From an uncultured Verrucomicrobiales bacterium (lineage in GTDB: Bacteria; Verrucomicrobiota; Verrucomicrobiia; Verrucomicrobiales; Akkermansiaceae): 64,000 nt of DNA. Location of the stretch: positions 52,174 through 116,173 of the forward strand of contig CAWVXI010000001.1 in assembly GCA_963934155.1 (NCBI GenBank), in the 5' to 3' direction. Both the position numbers and the translations under genes were made by a program. The notes below the pieces were generated by a model. That model worked only from the letters and a program-made list of their open reading frames with translations. It did not search any database and was not told the DNA's origin. This document shows, in pieces, positions 29,694 to 39,546 of this stretch (position 1 is its first letter; each line of letters opens with the position of its first letter).

Positions 29694-30533
29694 CTAGGCT
29701 CTGGATCTTCTCAAGATAAAGCCGACAAAAGCAAGGCCAACTAAAGCGGAAGAGCTGGGTTCTGGGACTGCAGCACTGCCATTAAGTGCAATAAAATCAT
29801 TAATCTCAGTTTCATAGGAACTCAGCTGGATATGATAGCCGATGTCAGGATCTTGAGTGTTATCTATAGCAGACATGATGCCGGCGATCTGCCAATTACT
29901 GCCATTATTATAAAACACACCTCCACCAGAATCGCCACCTGTCGCGTGTCCTTCGCCACTGGTGGCGGTGTCGTAATCTGTTGTGATCATTCTTGTAGGC
30001 CTCCCAGATACACTGGCTGCCTGATTTATTTCTTCTACGTTATTCGTTCCCCACCGTTTTGTTCCTCCACCAAAGCCGATCATGGTTAAAGCTTCACCAA
30101 CACGAGGAAAAGGACCAGTACTAGGAGGGCCAGCAACAGTGCCGATATTCAAAGTAGGCAGTCCTAGTATCGTAGTTTCTATGCGAAATAGTCTCAGGTC
30201 AGTATCACCTGTTGTAACCACACTATCAATAGTGAAAGTATCTTGTAGATCTAAAATATAGTTATTGTCTGAATTATATGTTGTTCCATTATAAGTCACC
30301 GAAGTAGAGCCTGAAGGAAATACATGCCTTGCGGTAAGAACCCAACCACCACCTATGTAAACCCCAGATGCACTGCCAACTCTGACGACATTCTCCCAAG
30401 GCGCACCTGAAGCGGGTGCTGTTTCATGAATTGATAGGTCTCCTCCTGTAGGGGTCAATACAGCCACAGCGTGAGCTACATGGAGTGAAGCTATTATAAA
30501 AATAGGGGTTAGTAGTTTAGCAAAAATTTTCAT
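29694..30533 (-). CDS. Trypsin-like serine protease with a PEP-CTERM sorting signal
   Basis: It has a signal peptide, WVLTARHV (His box), GGDSGGGVF (Ser box), and a C-terminal VPEPSSSALVGLAFVGFILRRSRA. Confidence 0.8.
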   Translation of the reverse strand: MKIFAKLLTPIFIIASLHVAHAVAVLTPTGGDLSIHETAPASGAPWENVVRVGSASGVYIGGGWVLTARHVFPSGSTSVTYNGTTYNSDNNYILDLQDTFTIDSVVTTGDTDLRLFRIETTILGLPTLNIGTVAGPPSTGPFPRVGEALTMIGFGGGTKRWGTNNVEEINQAASVSGRPTRMITTDYDTATSGEGHATGGDSGGGVFYNNGSNWQIAGIMSAIDNTQDPDIGYHIQLSSYETEINDFIALNGSAAVPEPSSSALVGLAFVGFILRRSRA

Positions 30534-30829
30534 TTTTATTAAATTGAAGTTTTACCATTATTAGTCAATAAAATAAGTTCACGCTATGTATGCTTATGGT
30601 ATTATTTTAATCTGTATCAGCTGTGATTTTTCAGGGGTGTTCATTACGGAAGCGATGAATCGGATAGTGAATTTTCATACCGTTTTTGTTTAATACCACT
30701 TTACTGGTGTGGCTAGTCACTAAACAGGTATAGAAATAGTCACCAATACTAGCGTTGCTAGGGGTCCAAGAAATAGTTGTAGCTTCGAGTGGTGGGTCTG
30801 CGGTCAATTTTAACTACAGCGAGACACAA

Positions 30830-32893
30830 TCAATGCATCTGCAATTCATGCGCATGCAGGAACCAGCGACGTTTGTCACAGGCCTTCCCTAGCGGTGTCT
30901 TTTGGCATCGCTTGACTAGCGCTTGATAGTATTTATCGGCTACCTTAGGGTCAGCTCTGGTCCAGTCGCCGGCTTGCCAGAGGAGTTTGGCCGCGTGGCT
31001 ATCGTTTTTAGGTAGTAGGATGGCAGCGCGGTAGAGGAGCTCCGCCGCATTTCTTTCTGTGGTAGATATGGGAGAAATTCTTATGTAATTTTGTTTGATA
31101 CGTTTTAGCTCATCAGGGGTGATTTTAGGGGTGAATTCTTTAGCTGATGGTAGTGGCTTAGCATAAGAGTCTGTTCTATCATATTTTTCATGCATCTTCC
31201 TACCAGCGGCGGAAACTCTAATGAATGGTCGGCAGCCGTTTTCGAGATAGAAGAGATCTCTTCCGTGCATGCGATAAATGCGTGAGGCTGAAACCAGCGC
31301 TTGCGCCCGTTTCTTCTTAGGCAGTGCTTTATTAATACCGATTCTATATAGATCTATGTATTTGTTATAAACCTTGAGGTCATCATCGGTCGCGAAGGTT
31401 TTGGCGTCCTTGAAATACTCATGGCGTATTAGCTTTCGAGTGAGTAGTGCTTTGATCCAATCGGATCTCTGGGCTATTTTAGAATTTCTAACATAATCTA
31501 ACAACTCGACAGGGCTGAGCAGAGTCTCGGCGATGTAGGCTGCGTCAACCTTGTTATCTACAGTCAGAAAGAGATCGAGCGCTTTGCCGTAATGTTTGAG
31601 ACCTAGTTCCACACAGGCATATTCTGAGTAGAGGTTGAAATACCGATTATTGGCTATTGTACCCGCCGCTCGATAGCTTCCGTAGTAGTCGGGTCTTTGG
31701 TATTCTTCACCCACACCCTCCAGATGAATGTTCTCAATAGTTTGACGATAGAGTTCAGCCGCCTTAGTGAGTTTACCTTTGATGGTGTTGAGTTTGGCTT
31801 GTTTCCAGAGTGATTCAGTGCTTGGTTTCTTCATCGATTTTAAACAAAGGTCCATTGATTTTTCATCATGGATGGAGTCTGCTATGGTTGCACAAATACC
31901 TAGTTCTTTGTCGATGTCGATACGCTTAGATTCTCTTAGAGACTTAATCCAGAGGGAGAGATTTTTTCTATTCTCTTGATTAGGGATCTCAGCTTGTTGA
32001 TGCACGTAGTGTTTGAAATGGCTTAAGATGAAATAGCTGAGCGCAATAGAATGATCCTTGTTTTTAGCGAGTGTTTTAAAGATCGCTGTCGGGTTTTCAT
32101 GATGTTCTTTAAGTGCTTGGGAGAAGACTTCGCTGATGTCGTTAGCCGCAGATACAGAATCGATTGTTTCGTCTTTTCCTCTTTTGATATAAATATTTAG
32201 AGCTGTCGTGTAATCTCCGCCTCTGAGTGAGAAAAATGCAGTCCAGTCTCTGTCTGTGACTTTAATAGAGTCAGGAAATCCGTCTTTCTTATACTGCTTG
32301 ACCTTAGCATACCATTGCATCGCTTCACCATCGGCAGTGGACGTCCGCGCTAGCATCCAAGCTACCCAAATGGTTTTGTATTTACGTTCTCCTTCAGGAA
32401 GGTCGAGCAGGTTTTTCCATTGTTCTCTGGCCTTATCAGATAGACCAGAGCGGTAGGCGACAGCTCCTCGGAGGTAGATAGAAAACTCCTTGGGGATAGC
32501 ATCTAGTGTCGCCTTATCTAGCCAGGATTTTGGTCGTTCGATTGCTAGATCACTTGCTGGCTGGTCCCAGGCTGCGATGATCATGTCTGAGCGGATAGCA
32601 GAGTAGGCATCAAACACGTTTTTAGCTAAGTTAGGAGCTGCTTTTTTTAGATCTGTAATGTCAGCATCATACGTAGCGCGCAGTCGCTTGGGGAGATTCT
32701 CTAGATGGCTATGAACATTTCTTTCCTTTTTATTGTGAGGAAACATCAGATCCACTCCTGTAGCTGGGCTCTGGATCACTGTGGACTTATAATTAAGCAG
32801 ACGGGTTGAGTAGTGTGGGCCGCAAGCAATGAGTATGGCAATACCAGCGATGAAAACGAGGACCATAGGGGTAAGTTTTTTTGAAGTTTTCAT
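30830..32893 (-). CDS. Large lipoprotein of unknown function (helical/TPR-like appearance)
   Basis: The 687-aa ORF has an LIACG lipobox. Its start overlaps the stop of the upstream gene by 4 nt (ATGA). Confidence 0.55.
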   Translation of the reverse strand: MKTSKKLTPMVLVFIAGIAILIACGPHYSTRLLNYKSTVIQSPATGVDLMFPHNKKERNVHSHLENLPKRLRATYDADITDLKKAAPNLAKNVFDAYSAIRSDMIIAAWDQPASDLAIERPKSWLDKATLDAIPKEFSIYLRGAVAYRSGLSDKAREQWKNLLDLPEGERKYKTIWVAWMLARTSTADGEAMQWYAKVKQYKKDGFPDSIKVTDRDWTAFFSLRGGDYTTALNIYIKRGKDETIDSVSAANDISEVFSQALKEHHENPTAIFKTLAKNKDHSIALSYFILSHFKHYVHQQAEIPNQENRKNLSLWIKSLRESKRIDIDKELGICATIADSIHDEKSMDLCLKSMKKPSTESLWKQAKLNTIKGKLTKAAELYRQTIENIHLEGVGEEYQRPDYYGSYRAAGTIANNRYFNLYSEYACVELGLKHYGKALDLFLTVDNKVDAAYIAETLLSPVELLDYVRNSKIAQRSDWIKALLTRKLIRHEYFKDAKTFATDDDLKVYNKYIDLYRIGINKALPKKKRAQALVSASRIYRMHGRDLFYLENGCRPFIRVSAAGRKMHEKYDRTDSYAKPLPSAKEFTPKITPDELKRIKQNYIRISPISTTERNAAELLYRAAILLPKNDSHAAKLLWQAGDWTRADPKVADKYYQALVKRCQKTPLGKACDKRRWFLHAHELQMH

Positions 32894-34161
32894 GGGGTAG
32901 AAATTTTTATTGATGGTGCGTTTTCGTTGAACCTAAATGAGCCTAAATGAATAGTTTCCCCGGGAGCGATAGGGTAGGGAGAAGTCTTTTTCCATTGAAT
33001 GGTGATGCCTTTACTTCTCTCAAAATGTTCAGTAGAGAAGTGATCTGTTAGATGGCTAGCGATACAGAATCCCTGCCAGTCGAGACGAATACTCAATGGC
33101 CAATCGAGCCGCTGCTTACTGTTGTTCGTCATCAGGAGTTGCTGTAAACCGTCTTTTGTGGTGATGATCGCTAGATCGAGTTCGGCAAGTGTAGGATACT
33201 CACCATGCCGCACTTTTTGAAAGGTATCCCAGGTCCAGTTCATACGGTCTGTGCTGACGGGGAGGCGGTACCAGATGATCCCTTGCATGAGCATTGGTCG
33301 TTGTTCCTGCCAACGCTGGATGAGGAGTGAGAGTTGAAATGGATCAGCACTAGCAACTTCGTAGCTGGTCTGCTGATAGTGACCTTCTGAAGCGATACTA
33401 AGGACTGTTCCATCTTGGCCATAGTTAATCGCATGGCGATATGTTGGTAGTGCAATGAGGAAGGGTTTGCCTAGTTCAGCACAGGCAAGTGCCGTCTTGT
33501 GAGCGTGATCAGGATTACACAGCGCTCTACCTTTTCCATGACCAGAGACACCGTGGACCTGCATGATGTAGCGGGCCAACCCAGTCTGTTGAAGCAGTGC
33601 GGCGAACTCTGGATAATTTAGCCAGTCTGGAAGACAGGTGATCTCTATTGTTTTGTCAGGGAATTGGTTCTTAAGATGGATGAGTAGCTTGGTGTAATCC
33701 GCGAGTTTTTTGGACGGGCAGTCGTAGTCAATCTGGATTGATTTAGCATCACCAGCATAGGTTGTGAGGAATTGTGAGATCTGCTCAGAAGCAGATTCTG
33801 ACCAGCGAGATTTCGCTGAATTGGCATGGATGCGGAATGCTAAGCCATATTCCCCAGGATGCTCACGGGCGTGCTGGAGAGGATGCGGGAATGGCTGACA
33901 GGTCCATTCACCACCAAGGTAAGAAATTTCCGCCGCAAGAAAAACAGTGTGATCGAATTCAGGTGCGTGAGTCATCACCGCAGACTTCACCTCATCAGTC
34001 CAAATCCGCTGCCAGACGTAGACTTCCTGAGAGATGTCGCCATTAGTGAACTCAATAGAGGTAAGTTTTTTATGATCGCATGAGGAGAAGTGAAACAACG
34101 AAAACAGCCCAAGAAAAAGTAGGTAGGTTAAGTAAAAATCTCTTTGAAGCAGCAACGGCAT
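32890..34161 (-). CDS. Lipoprotein of unknown function (possibly DUF3142-like, low confidence)
   Basis: The 423-aa ORF has an FSSC lipobox. The motif VYVWQRIWTDEV is reminiscent of DUF3142, recalled from memory only. Confidence 0.5.
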   Translation of the reverse strand: MPLLLQRDFYLTYLLFLGLFSLFHFSSCDHKKLTSIEFTNGDISQEVYVWQRIWTDEVKSAVMTHAPEFDHTVFLAAEISYLGGEWTCQPFPHPLQHAREHPGEYGLAFRIHANSAKSRWSESASEQISQFLTTYAGDAKSIQIDYDCPSKKLADYTKLLIHLKNQFPDKTIEITCLPDWLNYPEFAALLQQTGLARYIMQVHGVSGHGKGRALCNPDHAHKTALACAELGKPFLIALPTYRHAINYGQDGTVLSIASEGHYQQTSYEVASADPFQLSLLIQRWQEQRPMLMQGIIWYRLPVSTDRMNWTWDTFQKVRHGEYPTLAELDLAIITTKDGLQQLLMTNNSKQRLDWPLSIRLDWQGFCIASHLTDHFSTEHFERSKGITIQWKKTSPYPIAPGETIHLGSFRFNENAPSIKISTP

Positions 34162-34227
34162 ACTGTGGATACGAGATTTACTATCGTTACCTTACAAGTA
34201 ACATAGAGGTTATTCGCTAGCCGTAAA

Positions 34228-35109
34228 TTAGAAAGAGATCTCTAGTGCGCCGGATTTGATGGCGTCCATTTGGAGGGATTCCATGAGATCGAGGTTCGAG
34301 GGGATGCGGGCGAGGGGAGATTGGTGTTTTAGGGCGGCGTTGTGCCAGAGTGAGAAATGCTTGCTGTAGGTCTTTTTGTAGTCGCGCAACACGCTGGGTT
34401 CGATGCGGTGCGAGTGGCGGTTGTTAGACTCGGCATCGATGAATTCATAGTTCCCTTGCCAATCTGGATTCGCCTCTGACTGAGAAAACGGACAGAGAAT
34501 AATCATCGACCCCTGCCGTTGAGTGAAGTGCCGGATCACCGGACTCGCATCGCCTGGGAAGAGCAGGTCGCTGATGAACACCCGGATGGTGTTCGGCCTT
34601 AGTGGAACGTTTTCTAGATTTGGTGCTTGGTTCGGGTGCTCGTCTTTCAGTTCGGCGGAAGTGTGATACCATTGATCGCTGAGCACCGCTTCGACAGGGA
34701 GTTGTCGGTGACTGCCTCCCTTGATTAAATGGATATTAGTCGCCGCTCCAGCCTGTATGGCAGTGCTAACGATGGTGTAGAAAATCTCCGCCACACGAAT
34801 CGCCTTCTCTTCCTCAAAAAACATCGAGTCCGAGACATCCAGCACGATGTCAACTATAGGGCGAACCTCTTCACGATAGAGCTTCATCGTGTAGTTTCCC
34901 GAGCGCGCGTATGCCTGCCAGTTGATATGCCGTGGATCATCGCCTGGCACGTAGTTTCGGTGGTCTTGGAAATCTAGTGATGACCCAGACCCCGCACCTG
35001 AAAATTCACCAGCCATACCTCTCCAGACTCGCGAACGTAGCGGCAGGGAGACGTTCTCTGCGCAGACAGTGGCTTTGATTCTAGCTTGCTTTAGCTGTGC
35101 GGCGGTCAT
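34228..35109 (-). CDS. DUF58 (VWA-like) protein, the usual MoxR partner
   Basis: LDFQDHRNYVPGDDPRHINWQAYARSGNYTMKLYREE matches the DUF58 signature. The VWA-like segment begins VLDVSDSM. Confidence 0.8.
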   Translation of the reverse strand: MTAAQLKQARIKATVCAENVSLPLRSRVWRGMAGEFSGAGSGSSLDFQDHRNYVPGDDPRHINWQAYARSGNYTMKLYREEVRPIVDIVLDVSDSMFFEEEKAIRVAEIFYTIVSTAIQAGAATNIHLIKGGSHRQLPVEAVLSDQWYHTSAELKDEHPNQAPNLENVPLRPNTIRVFISDLLFPGDASPVIRHFTQRQGSMIILCPFSQSEANPDWQGNYEFIDAESNNRHSHRIEPSVLRDYKKTYSKHFSLWHNAALKHQSPLARIPSNLDLMESLQMDAIKSGALEISF

Positions 35110-35112
35110 CGC

Positions 35113-36612
35113 TTATTTACTTTCTGTTAGGTTCTTTTCAGCTTCGATGATGCCTTGAGCTTGTTGGTCATTATTTCTGATGTGTTTCCAGTAATTACTT
35201 GAAGTGATAAAGCATGCTACCCAGTAGATGAAGAACGTGGGTAAGGCGATTAAGTGCGCGACACCCTCAGTACTACTACGCTCAAAGATATTTAATTGCA
35301 CCGGTGGCAGCCAACAAAAGGCGCTGTAGATACCGTGTGATCTAGTCTCCTCCGCTATCGCGACAACAAGTAGCCATAGAATACCCGTAGCGACAACTCC
35401 TCCGAGGTAGAAGACGAATAGCAGGTGGGTGTTTCTGAAGAAAATGCGTGTGAGCAAAAGAGGGAATACGAGGCAGGAAAAGCAGATGCAGGTGATGGTC
35501 ATCATTTCTTGTCTGATATTATCATCATAGAAAGAATAGCTGTGGTTTGCCGTATAGAAAAGTGAAGATAATAATGTTAGAGCAAAAAGGATCATCACAA
35601 AATTAAGCCCAGATGCCCATCCAGGGTAGAGGAGATAACTAGCTATTTTCCCGAGGATCCCTTTTCTAACAAATGGCACACTCACAGTCGCGGTTGTGAA
35701 AGGATGCTCAGTGAGCGTAATGATACTGATAGGGACGGAGAGCAAAAGCATGATGATAGGTGCTGCTGCGCTCAAGTCTCGATCACTCACCCAGATGACA
35801 ATCGCTAACAGCACGATAATTCCCAAACAGATGAGCCTTCTCGGGGTGGAGCGGTTTTCTGAAATGGGTGCGATGCTGCCGGCTCCGTAGTCGAGCGCGA
35901 GCCAGCCACTATAGATCATTCCTAAAACAAGTAATAAATAGAGTGAGAGCATTCCAGGGCTCTGAAATGAACAGAGCTCAATAACCATGCGATAGCCGAA
36001 AGAATTTCCGAATAGACCAACCACTCCCATTCCGATAAAAAAGGCGCTACCCAGTCCGATCAGGCCACGTAGGATCAGCGAGGGAAGAGATGATATGCCG
36101 ATAAACACTGCGGTAAAGCCGGCTGAGGCGAGGAAAATCGTGAATAGAATCATCAACTCCGCAAACAATTGCATGCCGCCGAAAAAGTAACGTAAGATGA
36201 GATACGGTGTCACTGCTGCGATGATGAGAGCCGACTGCGACACCAGCGAAATCCATTTCCCAAACACGATCCGCCAAGCAGAGAGCTTAGTGATCACCAT
36301 GAGATCGATGGTGTTTTCCTTGATCTCAGATCCTATCGCTGAGATAGCTCTGAGTGGCTGGAGAACACAGGTCGCAAGCCCAATGCAAATAAACACCGAG
36401 GTCGAAATATCGTTGCCTGTGTTGTTGTATGAAGAGGAAAATGAATGACCTAAAATCAGCACACCCAAGATCACCTGGATAGCGATGAAGAGGATCATGA
36501 AGGACACGCCTTTGAGTCCTTGGCGTAGTTCCTTGACGAGCATCGGCGAGAGCCTGTCCGAGAAGTCTGAAGTCTTCAGGATGGCGGGGTGAATGGTGGA
36601 TTCTTCTGGCAT
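35113..36612 (-). CDS. Polytopic membrane protein, presumed permease partner of the adjacent ABC ATPase
   Basis: The 499-aa ORF has about 12 hydrophobic helices. It lies 96 nt downstream of the ABC ATPase and 3 nt upstream of DUF58. Confidence 0.6.
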   Translation of the reverse strand: MPEESTIHPAILKTSDFSDRLSPMLVKELRQGLKGVSFMILFIAIQVILGVLILGHSFSSSYNNTGNDISTSVFICIGLATCVLQPLRAISAIGSEIKENTIDLMVITKLSAWRIVFGKWISLVSQSALIIAAVTPYLILRYFFGGMQLFAELMILFTIFLASAGFTAVFIGISSLPSLILRGLIGLGSAFFIGMGVVGLFGNSFGYRMVIELCSFQSPGMLSLYLLLVLGMIYSGWLALDYGAGSIAPISENRSTPRRLICLGIIVLLAIVIWVSDRDLSAAAPIIMLLLSVPISIITLTEHPFTTATVSVPFVRKGILGKIASYLLYPGWASGLNFVMILFALTLLSSLFYTANHSYSFYDDNIRQEMMTITCICFSCLVFPLLLTRIFFRNTHLLFVFYLGGVVATGILWLLVVAIAEETRSHGIYSAFCWLPPVQLNIFERSSTEGVAHLIALPTFFIYWVACFITSSNYWKHIRNNDQQAQGIIEAEKNLTESK

Positions 36613-36618
36613 GAAAAA

Positions 36619-36649
36619 GTTTTAAGAGTTTTAAGTTTTAAGTATTAAG
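36619..36649. repeat. Tandem GTTTTAAG-type units (CTTAAAAC on the coding strand) directly 5' of the permease ATG
   Basis: The units are gttttaag (36619-26), gttttaag (36628-35), ttttaag (36636-42) and tattaag (36643-49). The start codon is at 36612-36610. Confidence 0.6.
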
Positions 36650-36708
36650 TCCTGGGTTGTGTGCTTGGGCTGATGTGGTCGGTAAGCTTACGCTTCCATC
36701 TTTTTGCG

Positions 36709-37647
36709 TTATTGCTGTTTCTCTAGGATATCGATGAATGCGTCTTCAAGATTCCGCTGTTCTTTATGGAATTCAATGATTGGTAAGCCGTCCTTCACCA
36801 TTCGGCGCAGCACATCGGCCGCCACTTCCGGGTCTTCTGAGTCCACCCGTATCCTGCCACCGCGCTTGCGGTCTTCTATGAATTCCACATAAGGCGAAGT
36901 CACCGCCCAGTCCGCGAGCTTAGTTATATCACCCACCACCTGGACATCATAAAAGAAGCCACCAGTGGAGTCTGATCCATGCAGCAGCGACTCCGCATCA
37001 CCGTGGTGGACGATCCTGCCATCGTTGATAAATAACAACGAGTCACACATTTCACCCAGCTCGGAGAGGATGTGTGATGAGATGAAAATAGTCTTTCCCT
37101 CCTCTGCCAGAATCCGGATCAGGTGCTTCAGCTCAACCCGTGCCTTTGGGTCTAGTCCGGCTGCTGGCTCATCTAGGATGAGGATTTGCGGATCATGGAT
37201 CAGCGCGCGTCCGAGACAGAGTCGCTGGGTCATGCCTTTTGAGAGCTTGTTAGAGAGGCGGTCCGCGAGCGGAAGGAGGTCTGCGAACTCCATCACTTCC
37301 TGAATCCGCATCTGCCTTTCCTTACCTTTGTATCCCAGTGCACGCGCATAGAAATCTAGATACTCTAGCACCGTCATGTGGTCGTAATTCCCAAAATGAT
37401 CTGGCATCCAACCCAGCAGAGACCGAACTTTAGCCGGGTGGTTGACCACGTTGATACCACAGATTTCCACCGAGCCCATCGTCGGGTAATCTAGTGTGGC
37501 GAGCATCCGCATGGTGGTGGTTTTCCCTGCGCCATTGGCTCCGATAAATCCACACACGGAGCCGTGCGGTACTTCAAAGCTGAGACCATCGACCGCCTTG
37601 AGCTTGCCGAAATAGCGATAGAGGTTTTTGACTGAAATTGCTGACAT
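36709..37647 (-). CDS. ABC transporter ATP-binding protein (ABC-2/NatA-like)
   Basis: The motifs are Walker A GANGAGKTT, signature LSKGMTQR and Walker B ILILDEPAAGLD. Confidence 0.85.
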   Translation of the reverse strand: MSAISVKNLYRYFGKLKAVDGLSFEVPHGSVCGFIGANGAGKTTTMRMLATLDYPTMGSVEICGINVVNHPAKVRSLLGWMPDHFGNYDHMTVLEYLDFYARALGYKGKERQMRIQEVMEFADLLPLADRLSNKLSKGMTQRLCLGRALIHDPQILILDEPAAGLDPKARVELKHLIRILAEEGKTIFISSHILSELGEMCDSLLFINDGRIVHHGDAESLLHGSDSTGGFFYDVQVVGDITKLADWAVTSPYVEFIEDRKRGGRIRVDSEDPEVAADVLRRMVKDGLPIIEFHKEQRNLEDAFIDILEKQQ

Positions 37648-37653
37648 GTAGAA

Positions 37654-37688
37654 GTTTTAAGATTAAAGTTTTAAGTTTAAAGTGTAAG
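37654..37688. repeat. A second block of tandem GTTTTAAG-type units, directly 5' of the ABC ATPase ATG
   Basis: The units are gttttaag (37654-61), gttttaag (37668-75), tttaaag (37676-82) and tgtaagg (37683-88). The start codon is at 37647-37645. Confidence 0.6.
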
Positions 37689-37690
37689 GC

Positions 37691-39529
37691 TTACCTGACA
37701 ACCGGTCCGGTGATGATAGATTCGGTACGGTTCCACTTGATGGAATCTAGGGTGCTGATGGCAGGAGCCTCATCGGTGATCGCGATGAAGTGGTTCTTGC
37801 GTTTGCTTAGGGTGTCTAGTTTTGCTTGGAGTTTAGTGGACATGTTGGCGTGGTGCTTGTGGATCAGCTTGAGCGTATCTACAGGAGTGCTAGGGGTAAG
37901 TTTTTTTGAGTCGCCAGCTGCGATGTTAGAGGCCTCCCATGCCTGACCTGACTCATCAATGTAGATCAGCGATTGGATTTCATAGTCGAATGATGAGTTC
38001 ACTACTGGAGCCCCTACGCTGCTTTTGAGAGTGATTCTGCTACGTGTAGAAATGATGCTTTCTAGGTAGTGACCATGCACCGAGCGCGACTGGAACCAAT
38101 CGCCAGATGCGGCGAGTCCGTTCTCGCCATGTTTCGCTGTGTAGTTCGCTGACCCGCCGCCGTTCTCCCTTGTGACTCGAGAGAAGCGCGATGGTGAAAC
38201 CGGAACAGGGGACATGTAAGTGGGCGCTGAAGTTTCAAATGATCCACCGAGAATGACTCCTGTGCGGGCAACTTGTTCTTGCCAGATATAAGCTTTATTT
38301 TCGCCACCATCTGCCCGCACCTCGATGAGCTGAACGCGCTGGCCGTAGCCCCCGAACCCATCCTGAATAATAATCAGCAGCACCAGCAATAAACTAGCAC
38401 CGAGCGCGATGATAGGAGTCGTGATAAACAAGCGATGCCGCTGGCCTGCCTTAGCAAAGACGAATAGGTTCAATGGTCCCACGAGGACACCAAAGGCGAT
38501 GAGAATGAGGATGAGATAAACGGGAGAAAAGTTGAGCTTGCCGAGTGCTTTCTGAAGTGACCAAGCCCCTGAGCCAGTGTAATCAGATTCGTAGTTATCA
38601 TTGATGGCTCGAATTTTAGCGGATTTATTTTTCGGGATATTAATGATTTTCGAAGCTTGGTTTACATCGAGGGACATTATCGTAGCCAGCGGCATTATCG
38701 TCACGTTTCCAAAGGAACGGTCGATTCTAGTCTTACTGATGTTATCATCAGAATCATCTATTTTAAGCGATTTGAAATTTGAGGCTGCATTGAGCTTATA
38801 AATCAGAATATTTCCTCCTAGGCGGTTCCATTCTAAGATGGCATTTTGTACTCCAGCGGGCATTTCTCGCCAGTCGTCATCGGTGCAAATGATGGCATCA
38901 AACCCACTGTAGGCTCGCCAGTCCTCAGACATGTTAGAGGGGGTGAACTCAGAGGTGTATTCCTCATTGCCACTTCTGTATCCTCTGGAGCTAGCTGGGA
39001 TGAGGCTGTTAAATTTAGAGCTATGCTGCACGAAGAGTTCTGTGCTGAGTAGGGTTGCAGGCTGATCCATATGCTGATTGCAGCTCATGCTGTCAGGTAT
39101 TGTTTTTCCATCGGAGGTCAGCTTGATCGAGAGTGTGGAGGCTGCCTTGTCTGTATGGGATTTTGGGATAGAGGTGACCACAGGGACCAGGATATCATAG
39201 GTCTTAGTGCTCTCAGGCGGGCAGCTGTAGCTAAATTTGGATGTTAGGGTAGGGTGGTCACTATTTCTTCCAAAAGAATAGTCACCCTTAGCTTCCGAAT
39301 TAAAATCCAGCTTCCATTCTTTCTCAAACTTAGTGCCATTCTTCAGGGTCAGCCTTAATGGCATGTAACCACTGCTGGGGAGTGAGCCAACAAGTGGTGA
39401 AAGCGTTGCTGTGGTCTTATTTTTTTTATCGTCAGAATGATTGATGAGTTCGCGCTGGGCGTGGAGTTCCGCACTCGTTACGAATAAGATGAGTAGCAGG
39501 GCAGTGAGTGATTTCTTAAACTGGATCAT
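37691..39529 (-). CDS. Large membrane protein of unknown function (signal peptide, central TM hairpin)
   Basis: The 612-aa ORF has a signal peptide and two central TM helices (VYLILILIAFGVLVGPLNLFVF and LFITTPIIALGASLLLVLLIII). The stretch FDAIICTDDDWREMP..ILEWNRLGGNILIY is faintly reminiscent of GATase1-like/ABC-auxiliary domains. Confidence 0.55.
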   Translation of the reverse strand: MIQFKKSLTALLLILFVTSAELHAQRELINHSDDKKNKTTATLSPLVGSLPSSGYMPLRLTLKNGTKFEKEWKLDFNSEAKGDYSFGRNSDHPTLTSKFSYSCPPESTKTYDILVPVVTSIPKSHTDKAASTLSIKLTSDGKTIPDSMSCNQHMDQPATLLSTELFVQHSSKFNSLIPASSRGYRSGNEEYTSEFTPSNMSEDWRAYSGFDAIICTDDDWREMPAGVQNAILEWNRLGGNILIYKLNAASNFKSLKIDDSDDNISKTRIDRSFGNVTIMPLATIMSLDVNQASKIINIPKNKSAKIRAINDNYESDYTGSGAWSLQKALGKLNFSPVYLILILIAFGVLVGPLNLFVFAKAGQRHRLFITTPIIALGASLLLVLLIIIQDGFGGYGQRVQLIEVRADGGENKAYIWQEQVARTGVILGGSFETSAPTYMSPVPVSPSRFSRVTRENGGGSANYTAKHGENGLAASGDWFQSRSVHGHYLESIISTRSRITLKSSVGAPVVNSSFDYEIQSLIYIDESGQAWEASNIAAGDSKKLTPSTPVDTLKLIHKHHANMSTKLQAKLDTLSKRKNHFIAITDEAPAISTLDSIKWNRTESIITGPVVR

Positions 39530-39546
39530 GGAGAAAATTTGTTAGA

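Noticed and set aside
30631-30810. A short minus-strand reading frame in the 296-nt gap (..TISWTPSNASIGDYFYTCLVTSHTSKVV..) resembles the G.Y.C strand of an Ig-like or cupredoxin-like domain.
   Set aside because: It is under 60 codons, has no ATG near its 5' end, and has a stop two codons upstream. At best it is a gene fragment, and the evidence is too weak to annotate.
36619-37688. The short GTTTTAAG tandem repeats could have been a CRISPR array or a satellite.
   Set aside because: The units are 7-9 nt with no spacers, occur in two blocks of about 30 nt each, and sit directly at start codons. No cas genes are present. I kept them as a possible translational or regulatory motif instead.
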